Positions 21,683-31,478 of a stretch of DNA of 64,000 nucleotides are shown piece by piece (the stretch's first letter is position 1; every line of letters starts with the position of its first letter). The notes beneath the pieces were generated by a model. That model had not been told where the DNA came from. It was given only the letters and a program-made list of their open reading frames with translations, and made no database searches. The DNA lies in the NCBI GenBank assembly GCA_963719085.1, contig CAVRAL010000001.1:768001-832000 (forward strand), in the 5' to 3' direction. The DNA is from a candidate division FCPU426 bacterium. Its GTDB lineage: Bacteria > Oederibacteriota > Muellerivitia > Muellerivitales > Muellerivitaceae. The translations under genes and the position numbers were made by a program.

Positions 21683-22521
21683 GTTCGTTCTTTTGGATGT
21701 ATGGGATCGCTTTTGTCTCGGCGGCGGCCGTGGGTTTGCTTGTATTCTTTTTGTTCCGTCTCACTCGGGGTGACCGGATCCCGTCCTTTGGTTTTGGCCA
21801 GCGGTTCGCGGGTAAAAAAATGAAGGCGCCGCCGAAGGTTTACCTTTTTGGGGCGCTGGGTCTTCTCACGATCGGCTTGGGCTTTGTTTATTTTTTCGTT
21901 TTTTTGACCATGGGTTTGGCCTGGGGGACTTGGCGTTTTTATCCCGTTTTTTTAGCGCGGCAACGGTTGAAAAAGAGGATCGATAAAATGAACGATCTTT
22001 TTCCACAAACCTTGGGTATGGCCATTCAAGCCTTGAAAGCGGGGCAAACCATTCCGCAGGTTTTGGAATATCTTTCAAAGGAAAGCCCGGCACCGCTCCG
22101 GGATGAATGGAAACAAGTTTGCGCTGAAATTGATTTGGGAGCCTCCTCGGAGCAGGCCCTGATTAAAATGGGGGAACGCTATCCCGCTTTCGCCGATTTC
22201 CACCAATTTCTGCAGTCCTATAAGATATCCCGGCGCACGGGCGCGAACTTGACTCATTTATTGGAGGTTTTGCTCGAAGGAACGGAAACCAGAAGCCGTT
22301 TATTAAGAAAAATGGACTCCATGACCGCCCAAGCCCGGTTGTCGGGGCTTTTGATGGGGCTTCTCCCCTTCATTCTCGCCCTCGTTTTTTTTACCATGGA
22401 CCCGACCATCCTCAAGCCCTTGGTGACTCAAAAAGCGGGTTGGGGAATATTGGTTCTATCCGCTCTCATGGAAACCATTGGTTTTTTGTGGATCCGACAA
22501 CTGTTGCGGATTGAGGTTTAA
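21679..22521 (+). CDS. tadB: TadB-like inner-membrane platform protein (T2SS-F family)
   Basis: QALKAG, PAPLRDEW, RRTGANL and SMTAQARLSG motifs. Confidence 0.8.
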   Translation: MSSFFWMYGIAFVSAAAVGLLVFFLFRLTRGDRIPSFGFGQRFAGKKMKAPPKVYLFGALGLLTIGLGFVYFFVFLTMGLAWGTWRFYPVFLARQRLKKRIDKMNDLFPQTLGMAIQALKAGQTIPQVLEYLSKESPAPLRDEWKQVCAEIDLGASSEQALIKMGERYPAFADFHQFLQSYKISRRTGANLTHLLEVLLEGTETRSRLLRKMDSMTAQARLSGLLMGLLPFILALVFFTMDPTILKPLVTQKAGWGILVLSALMETIGFLWIRQLLRIEV

Positions 22522-23387
22522 TGATTTATTTATTATGCCTTATCATTTCCGGTTCGATCGGATTCATAGTTTTTCAAACGACTTCCACTTTGGTGCGCCG
22601 GGTGGATCTTTACCAAGAAAATTTGCAAATCAAAATACTAACCGGTCTTTCTCAACGCAAGGTGCCTTTGCGATTTTACGTGGAGCGCGTTGAGGCGTTT
22701 GTCGGAAGCCTGAAAAAATCCCGATTTTTATCGCGATATCTCGGCGCGCTGGGTGCCTGGATTGACCGCGCCTGCCGGCCGGAACTTAAGCCGACCCAGT
22801 TATTTTCTTATCAAATATTTTTGTTTTTCGCCGCGTTTTTCCTATTCCAGTTTTTGGTTCAAAATGTTCTTATCTCATTGGGAGCGGGGGTCCTGGGAAC
22901 TTTTTTGCCCTTTAGTTGGATCCGGGACAAAGCGCTTCGGCGCGAGGGGGAAATTTTAAGGGAGCTGCCCAACGCGCTGGAAATTCTGTCATTGTGCGCG
23001 GAAGCGGGATTGAGCTTGGAGCAGGGGTTGGTTCACTATTTGGAAAACGCTGCGGCCCAACCCCTGGTCGATGAGTTCTCGAAGGTTTTGGAACAGACCC
23101 GGATGGGCTCGAGCCGAAAAGAGGCCTTGCAAGCCATGGGCCGCCGGGTTAATTTGACGGATGTTTCCCTCTTGGTATCGAGCGTTGTTCACGCTGAAAA
23201 ATTCGGGACCGGGATCGCCAAAACGTTGCGCCAGCTATCCTCCTCATTGCGGGATAAACAAGCCCAACGGATTGAAAAAAAGGTAAATGAATTGCCGGTG
23301 AAAATGCTGCTTCCTTTATTACTTTTTATTATGCCGGTGACGTTCCTCATTATTTTCGGCCCCATCTTATTAAGTCTTTTAAATTAA
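22521..23387 (+). CDS. tadC: TadC-like inner-membrane platform protein (T2SS-F family)
   Basis: ELPNALEILSLCAEAGLS, AEKFGTGI and VKMLLPLLLFIMP motifs. Confidence 0.85.
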   Translation: MIYLLCLIISGSIGFIVFQTTSTLVRRVDLYQENLQIKILTGLSQRKVPLRFYVERVEAFVGSLKKSRFLSRYLGALGAWIDRACRPELKPTQLFSYQIFLFFAAFFLFQFLVQNVLISLGAGVLGTFLPFSWIRDKALRREGEILRELPNALEILSLCAEAGLSLEQGLVHYLENAAAQPLVDEFSKVLEQTRMGSSRKEALQAMGRRVNLTDVSLLVSSVVHAEKFGTGIAKTLRQLSSSLRDKQAQRIEKKVNELPVKMLLPLLLFIMPVTFLIIFGPILLSLLN

Positions 23388-23389
23388 AA

Positions 23390-23713
23390 ATGAAGAGCCA
23401 TTTGATTAAAAAGATGCGGGCGGCGGATAACTTTTGGCTGCGGTTGATTGGTTTGATGGGCCGGCTCCGCTGGCCGTCCGGGTATGATGTTCTGATGTTT
23501 CGGAATTGCCGGTATCTGCACACTTTTTTCACTTTTCTTCGGCCTGATTTGATTTTTACATCGAAAGATGGAAAAATCATCTCGGTTTTTCGTGCGGCGG
23601 GTCCTTGGAAATTTTGGGGGAGCTTTTCGGCCCGGCATAGTTTTGAAGCGCGCCCGGGATTCATCGACCGCCATCAAATGAAGGTCGGTGATCGGTTAAG
23701 ATTCGAAGATTAA
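23390..23713 (+). CDS. DUF192 family protein
   Basis: [14 protein letters not shown]...LHTFF...DLIF...VGDRL; this family commonly follows tadC. Confidence 0.75.
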   Translation: MKSHLIKKMRAADNFWLRLIGLMGRLRWPSGYDVLMFRNCRYLHTFFTFLRPDLIFTSKDGKIISVFRAAGPWKFWGSFSARHSFEARPGFIDRHQMKVGDRLRFED

Positions 23714-23759
23714 CCAAGTTTGTGCTGGAATAGGCAACACTTCAATTCAAGGAGCGGAC

Positions 23760-25070
23760 ATGTTCTCTGATTTTTTAAAATCGGATCCCGAGGTATACAG
23801 CGCGAACGTAAATGAAATCAAACGGCAAAATGAGAAGCTGGAGTTGATCGCGTCTGAAAATTTCACCAGCCTAGCGGTGATGGCGGCCCAGGGCGGCGTG
23901 ATGACCAATAAATACGCGGAGGGTTATCCGGGGAATCGTTATTATGGCGGGTGTGAAAATGTGGATCGGGTTGAGAATTTGGCCCGGGAAAGGGCCAGCC
24001 GTCTCTTTTTTGACGCCGAATATGTGAATGTTCAGCCCCATTCGGGGAGCCAGGCCAATATGGCTGTTTATTTCACTTTTGTCCAACCGGGCGATGTGGT
24101 TTTAGGGTTGGATCTTTCCCATGGCGGTCACTTGACCCACGGCAGCAAGGTGAATTTCTCGGGGAAAATGTATAACTTTTTTCCTTATCAAACCCGCAAA
24201 GAAGATGGAAGGGTTGATTTGGATCAGGTTCGGGATTTGGCCCTCCAACATAAACCCAAGATGATCAGCATTGGCGCCTCGGCTTATTCACGGGACTGGG
24301 ATTACGCCGCCTTTCGAAAGATCGCCGATGAGGTGGGCGCTTTTTTATGGGCGGACATCGCCCATACGGCGGGTCTCATCGTGGCCGGGGAGCTGAATAA
24401 TCCCATGGCCTACTGCCATGTGGTTACCACGACTACTCACAAGACGCTGCGGGGACCCCGCGGCGGGTTGATTTTGATGGGGAAAGATTTTGAGAACCCC
24501 TTTGGAATTACGGCGCCTAAAAGCGGGCGGGTGAAAAAAATGAGCGAGTTGATCGACAGTCAAATTATCCCGGGAATCCAAGGAGGGCCTTTGATGCACG
24601 TGGTGGCCGCCAAAGCGGTCGGGTTCCGGGAAGCCCTGGATCCTTCCTTCAAAACTTACGCCAAGCAAATCAAGCAGAACGCCAAAGCACTTTGCGAGGC
24701 TTTGATTGAAAAGGGGTTTCAGATCGTTTCAGGTGGCACGGACAATCATTTAATGCTGATCGATCTTCGCAACAAGAAGGTCAATGGAAAACAGGCCCAA
24801 CTGGCTTTGGATGAGGCGGGATTGACCACCAACAAAAATGCGGTTCCTTTTGACACCGAGTCGCCGCTCTTAACGAGTGGCTTGCGGTTGGGAACACCGG
24901 CCTTAACCACCCGCGGGTTCAGGGAAAAAGAGATGAAACAAGTGGCTCAATGGATTAACGCCATTATTGAAAGCCCCGAGGACCCGGCGGTCCGACAAAA
25001 GGTTTTGGGCGAAATTAAGGAACTGACGCCGAAATTCCCGCTTTATCCGGAGCTTTTAAAGGAGATTTAG
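23760..25070 (+). CDS. glyA: Serine hydroxymethyltransferase
   Basis: [16 protein letters not shown] and [14 protein letters not shown] motifs. Confidence 0.98.
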   Translation: MFSDFLKSDPEVYSANVNEIKRQNEKLELIASENFTSLAVMAAQGGVMTNKYAEGYPGNRYYGGCENVDRVENLARERASRLFFDAEYVNVQPHSGSQANMAVYFTFVQPGDVVLGLDLSHGGHLTHGSKVNFSGKMYNFFPYQTRKEDGRVDLDQVRDLALQHKPKMISIGASAYSRDWDYAAFRKIADEVGAFLWADIAHTAGLIVAGELNNPMAYCHVVTTTTHKTLRGPRGGLILMGKDFENPFGITAPKSGRVKKMSELIDSQIIPGIQGGPLMHVVAAKAVGFREALDPSFKTYAKQIKQNAKALCEALIEKGFQIVSGGTDNHLMLIDLRNKKVNGKQAQLALDEAGLTTNKNAVPFDTESPLLTSGLRLGTPALTTRGFREKEMKQVAQWINAIIESPEDPAVRQKVLGEIKELTPKFPLYPELLKEI

Positions 25071-25105
25071 ACAAGCGGCTTGGCGAAGAAGACTAAGGCG
25101 GCGGT

Positions 25106-26104
25106 TTATTTCCCGATGGGGGTGGGAAGCGAAACGGCCGCTTGGATCCCGGGAGCCCAAGAAGGCGAAGTGCCTCCGTCGGAAGTCAGCGCCTTGATGT
25201 TGGCGCCGCTTTGATCGGCTATGTCGATGTTTAAGGTATCATCCTCACTGGTGGCAGAACAATAAACTATTTTTTTGTCGTTTTGCGCGAAGTGGGGACA
25301 GAGGCTGTGGGTATTGGTGGTGAAATTGACGGGGTTGGTTCCATCGCTATCCACCGTGTAAATTTGGGTCATATTGGCCCGGTAAAGATTGAAAAGAATT
25401 TTTCGGCCGTCGCTGGAATAGGAGGGGGAGCCTACATTCCAATCGGTGTAGTTGGTCAATTTGGTGACGGACTTATCGGAAATGTTCAACAACCACAAGT
25501 TGTAAACGCTGTCGCTGGCGCTGGAAAGAAAGAGGACATTCTTTCCGTCCGGGGATAGGACGGGACAGATCGCCGAATGGTCGGTGAGCAATGTCTCGGG
25601 ATTGTAGCCGTCGGCGTCCATCATCCAGATGTCTCCCTCAATCGCGTAAACAATTTTTTCCCCATCCGCCGACCAAGAGGGGGAGTCGTTGATCAGTAAA
25701 TTCTCGTCGTTGGTCTTTAATGAGTTAGTTTCGTCGAAGGTCAGTTGTTCCCGGTGATGGGACCCGCCCAGATCGATTTTCCACAATTGATAAATTCCAC
25801 CTTCGGCGTTTGACCAATAGACGGCCGCGTCGCCTTTGGGCGAGCAAGCCGGAAACCATTCGGTGCTGGTTCCACTGGTCAGGGGGGTGATCTCACTCGT
25901 CACGAGATCCATCATGGCCAGATGTCCCCTTTGAACAAAAACAACCAGCCCCGCGGGCGCGGCGGGAAGGGGTGTGGGCGCGGGCGGGGGAGCCACGATT
26001 TCTTTTTTCTTACAAGAAAGAGCGGAAAGGCCGGCGAATGAGGCCAGTGTTAAAAAGGCGGCTAAACATAAAAAATAATGTTTTTTCATTTTAGGTTGGC
26101 TCAT
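25106..26104 (-). CDS. TolB-like beta-propeller lipoprotein (PD40 repeats)
   Basis: Lipobox ALSC; repeats PSWSADG, PVLSPDG, PSYSSDG. Start chosen at the ATGA overlap; alternative start 26089. Confidence 0.85.
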   Translation of the reverse strand: MSQPKMKKHYFLCLAAFLTLASFAGLSALSCKKKEIVAPPPAPTPLPAAPAGLVVFVQRGHLAMMDLVTSEITPLTSGTSTEWFPACSPKGDAAVYWSNAEGGIYQLWKIDLGGSHHREQLTFDETNSLKTNDENLLINDSPSWSADGEKIVYAIEGDIWMMDADGYNPETLLTDHSAICPVLSPDGKNVLFLSSASDSVYNLWLLNISDKSVTKLTNYTDWNVGSPSYSSDGRKILFNLYRANMTQIYTVDSDGTNPVNFTTNTHSLCPHFAQNDKKIVYCSATSEDDTLNIDIADQSGANIKALTSDGGTSPSWAPGIQAAVSLPTPIGK

Positions 26105-27423
26105 TTTCTCGACCAATCAGGAAATTGAATGCCGGCGACGGAAACTTCGGTTTTGTTCGATCCGTCGGCGTTCATCACCCAGAGATCACCCGATTGAAGA
26201 TAGGCTATTTTGGTTCCGTCCGGCGACCATAAAGCGTCGGTGACGCCGGGCTCGGTTAAATACTTGAGGGTTCCCGTATCGGTCAGGTCTTTACTCTTTT
26301 GATCCACCAAGGCCACCCGATAATCCGTCTCCGATAAGTCTTTTTTGGCCAGTAAAAGCAAATTGGCGGTTCCGGTTTCCGACGGGGAATAGCGAATCAG
26401 AGGGCCTAATTGGGGGCTCGCGTTTTGAATCACGGGTTGGGGAAGCGAGGTCTCCGCCGAAGCCGTGTAAATGAAATTAGAGTTATAGAGATAAGCCACG
26501 TGATCGGTATCGGCCGACCAGGACAAATCTTGCGCCGCATAGGGTATTTCAACCAATTCTAAACGGTCGAGCAAGCGGGGGTTCGCCAGCCAAAGCGCGA
26601 AGGCGCGTTGACCCTTTTGCACGAAAAAGGCGATCGATTTATTGTCGCGGTAAGGCGCCCAGTCAATATCGGTCACTGAAAAGCTGGGATCGCTCGGAGT
26701 AAACAACGAATTGCTGGATTGGGACTCAAGGTCCACTTGCCATATTTGATGATGGTAAATGTAGGCGATTTTATCGCTTTTGGGAGACCAGGAAATAGGC
26801 GGCTTGATCGTACCGGGGATTGGCAGATCCATGTCATCATAAAAGGTCAGTTGATGAGCTGTTTTTTCGCCCTTTTTCAGGAAGAATAGATTCACTTTTC
26901 CCGTTTCACCCTGGTTGGACAAAAAGGCTAAAAGCTTACCATTCGAGGACCAGAGAGGGTACCAAGCGCTGGTTCCCGGGGGGCTTAATCGAGTGGAGTT
27001 GGATCCATCGGTATTCATAGTCCATAAGGTTGGGTTTTGATTTTCAACCACGGTATAGGCGAATTCTTCCATATCCTCGGGGGTGGGAGTGGGGGTCGGC
27101 GGAACAGGAGCGGCGGAGGTAGTTTCAGACCCCAGGGATATTTCCATTTGGCTCTGGTCTTTAGGATGGGAGGCTCCGGGAGTCGAGAGCGCGCCGGGTT
27201 TGGCCGATCCCAAGGCGATCGGATTGGAAGAAACCGTGTTCACGGGGATAGCGCTCGTGGAAGAGGATTGGGGCGGCATCGGAAGGGAAGTATTGGTTGT
27301 TTTAAAGAAAGGAAGAGTTCTTTTTCCGCAACCTGGAATGTTAACAACGCATCCGGATGAAATCAGCAATAAGACCAAGAGCATTGCTGAAAAAATGGAG
27401 AGACTTTTAAAGGTTTCGCGCAA
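26101..27423 (-). CDS. TolB-like beta-propeller lipoprotein with Ser/Pro/Thr linker
   Basis: SSGC lipobox; PTPTPTP linker; WSSNG, WSPKS and WSPDG repeats. Confidence 0.85.
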   Translation of the reverse strand: MRETFKSLSIFSAMLLVLLLISSGCVVNIPGCGKRTLPFFKTTNTSLPMPPQSSSTSAIPVNTVSSNPIALGSAKPGALSTPGASHPKDQSQMEISLGSETTSAAPVPPTPTPTPEDMEEFAYTVVENQNPTLWTMNTDGSNSTRLSPPGTSAWYPLWSSNGKLLAFLSNQGETGKVNLFFLKKGEKTAHQLTFYDDMDLPIPGTIKPPISWSPKSDKIAYIYHHQIWQVDLESQSSNSLFTPSDPSFSVTDIDWAPYRDNKSIAFFVQKGQRAFALWLANPRLLDRLELVEIPYAAQDLSWSADTDHVAYLYNSNFIYTASAETSLPQPVIQNASPQLGPLIRYSPSETGTANLLLLAKKDLSETDYRVALVDQKSKDLTDTGTLKYLTEPGVTDALWSPDGTKIAYLQSGDLWVMNADGSNKTEVSVAGIQFPDWSRK

Positions 27424-27505
27424 TCGGATGACCTTGGTGATAACGTGATAAAAACCTTCTATTTGCAGGCAGTTTATGGCCTTGTGGATAAAAAGTCAAC
27501 AAAAC

Positions 27506-28366
27506 TCAATGCTTTTGGCCATTTTCCGCTTTCTCAAGCACAATAAGCCATCCGGCTTCCTCGTTAATGACTTCAGCCCTTATCGCGGTTGGCGTCAAAA
27601 AGGCGTTTTGGATTTTGCCGTTTCGCCCCTGTTTGAAAATTTCGAGTAAAGCGGGATGGGGTGATAGATCCAAAATATGATGCCCTAAAATCTGGTTTGG
27701 TTTTTTTTCGAGAAGGACCGCGGCTGTTTCCGAGGCGAACTTCACCAAATAGCCCTTATCCACCCTCAAGTGAGGGGGCTGGGTAGCCGAGAAGGCTCGG
27801 CTCGCTGTTTCCTCAATATTAGAAAAGGACAAGGGCGAGTCTGGTGCTTCGAATTCCTTTGAAAGGCTGTTCTCTTTATTGAAAAACAGAATCTTGATTC
27901 CTACCCCCATCAAAAGACAAAGAAGGCTGTTGAGGATCGCCCAAACCCAAGGATTGGGGACCAAAGGAAGACGAAGGCAGAGATCCAATTGAGAACCGGA
28001 CGATTCGGGGAGGGGTGTGATGGAATGGAAAATCCAATGGCCTGGAAATTCAAAATAAAACCCCGGAGAATTGTAACGCCGCGCCGGCGCGTGGTTAAGA
28101 TCGCCCAGTGAAATCGTGGTTTTTCCGCTCGAGGAGGCGTTGAGGGCTAAAAAAGGATTTGAATTTTTTAAAAAATTTCCAAAATCGATTAATTCCATGT
28201 CATCTTTTTCAGACAAGATATAAATTAATTGGGTTTGGATCAGCTGGGCGGTTTGGAGGGCGGACTTGGCGCTGGATTGATAAAGCGTGTAAAAAATCAA
28301 AAAACCGGAAAAACAGGCCGGAAGGCTGATCGTCCAAAGCCACTTGAGGCTATCAATCTTTTTCAT
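27506..28366 (-). CDS. Two-TM membrane protein with C-terminal PAS-like domain
   Basis: Two hydrophobic segments; VDKGYLVKFASETAAVLLEKKPNQILGHHI resembles PAS. Confidence 0.6.
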   Translation of the reverse strand: MKKIDSLKWLWTISLPACFSGFLIFYTLYQSSAKSALQTAQLIQTQLIYILSEKDDMELIDFGNFLKNSNPFLALNASSSGKTTISLGDLNHAPARRYNSPGFYFEFPGHWIFHSITPLPESSGSQLDLCLRLPLVPNPWVWAILNSLLCLLMGVGIKILFFNKENSLSKEFEAPDSPLSFSNIEETASRAFSATQPPHLRVDKGYLVKFASETAAVLLEKKPNQILGHHILDLSPHPALLEIFKQGRNGKIQNAFLTPTAIRAEVINEEAGWLIVLEKAENGQKH

Positions 28367-28442
28367 CTTTATTTACCGGCGTTCCCCTAAACTAAATATA
28401 ATTAACGCTCAAATCATATTAATCCCGTTTTGAGGTTTTCGA

Positions 28443-29525
28443 GTGAAAAAAGAAGATCAACGGTTAAAAAGACTACGAAATGTCATTGACGGCGTGGACG
28501 GGAAAATTGTCCGCCTTTTAAATGAACGGGCGCGGTCTGTGCTTCAAATTAAAACGATCAAAAGCGCCGGTTCTAAACAGTTTTACGCGCCCCATCGGGA
28601 GATGGAGGTTTATCGAAAGGTGACCCAGGCGAATCGAGGACCGTTTCCGGCCGAAGCGATTAAAGCCGTTTTCCGGGAAATCATGTCAGGCTCTTTGGCT
28701 TTGGAGAGCCCGCTGAAAATCGCCTATTTTGGTCCGCCGGGCAGCAACACCCACATTGCGGCGGTTCAAAAATTCGGCCATTCCTCGGTTTTCGCGCCGG
28801 TGCCGGCGATTAAAGACGTTTTTCAAGAGGTGGAGCGGGAACGGGTTCAATATGGCGTGGTTCCGGTTGAAAATTCCACCGAAGGAATTGTGAACCATAC
28901 CTTGGATTTATTCGTGGATTCGGATTTGAAAATTTGCTCTGAAATTTCCATTCCCATTACCTATATGTTGATGTCGCTTTCGGGTGATCCGTCAAAAGTG
29001 AAAGTGATTTACAGCCATCCGCAGGCTTTGGCGCAAACGAGGATGTGGGTGGAAACCCATTTGCCCGAGGTGAAAACTGTGGAGGTCGCGAACACGGCCA
29101 AGGCGGCCCAGATGGCCTCGAAAAATGGAAACGCGGCGGCCATCGCCACCGAATTGGCGGCGCGCTTGTATCATTTGAAATCGATCGCGAATCGAATTGA
29201 GGATTTAAGCGATAACCGCACGCGGTTTCTCATTATTGGAAGAACCCAAGCCAAGCCGACGGCCAACGACCGCACCTCCATTATGGTTTCCATTAAGGAT
29301 AAAGTGGGCGCGCTCTTTTCTTTATTGTATCCTTTCGAAAAAAGGGGGATCAGCTTAACCAATATTGAATCCAGGCCTTCCCGTAAAAAAGCCTGGGATT
29401 ATTATTTTTTCATCGATTTTTCAGGTCATATCAGTGATCCTTCAGTTCAAAAGGCCTTGGCCGAAATCGAAAAGGCGGCCTTGACCGTTAAAGTTTTAGG
29501 GTCCTATCCCCGCGGAGAAAATTAA
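28443..29525 (+). CDS. pheA: Chorismate mutase/prephenate dehydratase (P-protein)
   Basis: AroQ-type N-terminus; PVENSTEG, SHPQALAQ, NRTRF and IESRPS motifs. Confidence 0.96.
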   Translation: MKKEDQRLKRLRNVIDGVDGKIVRLLNERARSVLQIKTIKSAGSKQFYAPHREMEVYRKVTQANRGPFPAEAIKAVFREIMSGSLALESPLKIAYFGPPGSNTHIAAVQKFGHSSVFAPVPAIKDVFQEVERERVQYGVVPVENSTEGIVNHTLDLFVDSDLKICSEISIPITYMLMSLSGDPSKVKVIYSHPQALAQTRMWVETHLPEVKTVEVANTAKAAQMASKNGNAAAIATELAARLYHLKSIANRIEDLSDNRTRFLIIGRTQAKPTANDRTSIMVSIKDKVGALFSLLYPFEKRGISLTNIESRPSRKKAWDYYFFIDFSGHISDPSVQKALAEIEKAALTVKVLGSYPRGEN

Positions 29526-29530
29526 GTTCC

Positions 29531-30619
29531 ATGACGTTTCAAGTGCCTATTCGCCCCCATATTCAACGGATGACCCCTTATGTTCCCGGCAAACCCATCG
29601 AGGAAGTGGAACGGGAATTGGGGATTTCCGGAGTCTCCAAGCTGGCCTCCAATGAGAATCCGCTGGGCCCCTCGCCGTTAGCCTTGGCGGCGGTCAAAGA
29701 AGGCGTGGGTCAAATTCACCGTTATCCGGACGGCTCAGCTTTTTATTTAAAACAAGCTTTGTCCGAGCATTTAAACCTCAGCGCGGACCGGTTTTTAATC
29801 GGAAATGGATCCAATGAGCTGTTGGTTTTACTGGCCCAATTGGTGTTGAACCCGGGCGAGGAAGTGCTCTTCGCCGATCCGAGTTTTGTGGTTTATCCCA
29901 TTGTGACCCAATTATTTGAAGGCTCGGCGAAACCCATTCCATTGCGCGAGGCCGCGCATGACATGAAGGCTTTTGCCGAGGCGTTGAGCCCCCAAACCCG
30001 TCTGGTTTATCTTTGCAATCCGAATAATCCGACGGGCACCATGGTGCCCTTGCTGGCGATCGAGGCTTTTTTGAAGATTTGTCCCCCGCGGGTTTTAGTG
30101 GTGTTGGACGAGGCCTATTATGAATATGTGGATGAAAAAAATTACTTTGAGTCCACCCGATTATTGGAAAAATACCCCAACCTGGTTATTTTACGGACCT
30201 TCTCGAAAGTATTTGGTTTGGCCGGATTGCGGGTGGGGTATGGCATGGCGGACCCCGCTTTGGTGGACGCCGCCCAACGCGGCCGACAACCCTTTAACGT
30301 CAATAGTCTGGCCATGCTGGGGGCCCAGGCGGCGCTTCGGGATAAATCCCATGTGGAGCGGGTTAAAGATTTAAACCGGGCCATGCGGGAAAAAATTCAA
30401 ATCGGGCTTAAAAAAATGGGGCTGGCTTACGCGCCCAGCCACACCAATTTTATTTACTTTAATATTTCCGGCGCGGCCGCCGTTTACGAAAAATTATTGC
30501 GCGGAGGCATCATTGTCCGTCCCATGGGACCGGACGCGTTAAGAGTCACGACAGGCACCGAGGCCGAGACGGAAAAATTCTTGCGATCTTTGGAATCGAT
30601 TGTGGGGGACAAGGTTTAA
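29531..30619 (+). CDS. hisC: Histidinol-phosphate aminotransferase
   Basis: KLASNENPLG, NPNNPTG, DEAYYEY and RTFSKVFGLAGLRVG motifs. Confidence 0.95.
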   Translation: MTFQVPIRPHIQRMTPYVPGKPIEEVERELGISGVSKLASNENPLGPSPLALAAVKEGVGQIHRYPDGSAFYLKQALSEHLNLSADRFLIGNGSNELLVLLAQLVLNPGEEVLFADPSFVVYPIVTQLFEGSAKPIPLREAAHDMKAFAEALSPQTRLVYLCNPNNPTGTMVPLLAIEAFLKICPPRVLVVLDEAYYEYVDEKNYFESTRLLEKYPNLVILRTFSKVFGLAGLRVGYGMADPALVDAAQRGRQPFNVNSLAMLGAQAALRDKSHVERVKDLNRAMREKIQIGLKKMGLAYAPSHTNFIYFNISGAAAVYEKLLRGGIIVRPMGPDALRVTTGTEAETEKFLRSLESIVGDKV

Positions 30620-30620
30620 A

Positions 30621-31478
30621 ATGAAACACTCCCCGAAAAAACAAAAAAAAGTCGCCATCATTGGGGTGGGCTTATTGGGCGGGTCCCTGGCTTTGGCGCT
30701 GCGCAAACAAAAAAATTTTTCTTTGGTGGGTTGGAATCATCGGCCGTCTTCCCGCAAAAGGGGATCCCGGCTTTTAAAAATGGCCCCCGACCTCAACTCG
30801 GCGGTTCAAGACGCCGACCTCGTTTTGCTTTGCGCGCATTCCAGCGAGGTGGTTTCGTTGCTGCCGAAGATCTCACAATGGGCGTCCCCGGACGCGCTGA
30901 TTTTGGATGTTTCCAGCGTTAAAGGCGAGATCGTCCAAGGCGCGTCCCGCTTTTCGTGGGCCCCCGGGCATTTTGTTCCCAGCCATCCCATGGCGGGCCG
31001 GGAAAAGTCGGGGCCTGAGAACGCGGATGCGGATCTTTACTCGGGAAAGATTATTTTCATTACGCCGCTGCCCAAGACCCCCCCGCGTGTTTTAAAACGA
31101 GCGATAAGCTTTTGGCGGAGGGTGGGCGGAAAGCCGGTTGTTCTTTCGCCCGAACGCCACGACCAGTACGTGGCCCTGACGAGCCACCTGCCTCATTTAT
31201 TGGCGTCCGCATTGGTGGAGGTTTACGGAAAATACGCGAAATCCCATCCGGCGGTCCTGCAGGCGGTCGGAACGGGATTTCGCGACACGACTCGGGTGGC
31301 CGCGGGAAATCCGGCCATGTGGGCCGATATTTTGAGGTTGAACAGCCGTGAAATCGGTTTTTTCCTTTCGGCGTACCGGAAGAATTTATTGGAGTTGGAA
31401 AAAAAAGTGAGGCTGAAAGATTTTAAGCGTTGGCATGACTATTTTGAAAAAGCGAAAAAAACCCGAAATCATTTATGA
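30621..31478 (+). CDS. tyrA: Prephenate/arogenate dehydrogenase
   Basis: GVGLLGGS, DVSSVK, HPMAGRE, SHLPH and GFRDTTR motifs. Confidence 0.93.
   Translation: MKHSPKKQKKVAIIGVGLLGGSLALALRKQKNFSLVGWNHRPSSRKRGSRLLKMAPDLNSAVQDADLVLLCAHSSEVVSLLPKISQWASPDALILDVSSVKGEIVQGASRFSWAPGHFVPSHPMAGREKSGPENADADLYSGKIIFITPLPKTPPRVLKRAISFWRRVGGKPVVLSPERHDQYVALTSHLPHLLASALVEVYGKYAKSHPAVLQAVGTGFRDTTRVAAGNPAMWADILRLNSREIGFFLSAYRKNLLELEKKVRLKDFKRWHDYFEKAKKTRNHL

Noticed and set aside
27483..27491. Perfect DnaA box (TGTGGATAA) as an oriC marker
   Set aside because: It is a single intergenic copy (another lies within a CDS at 12180), with no box cluster and no dnaA. At most a regulatory site.
28367..28442. pheA leader-peptide attenuator
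   Set aside because: Short AT-rich divergent promoter region with no Phe-rich peptide or terminator.
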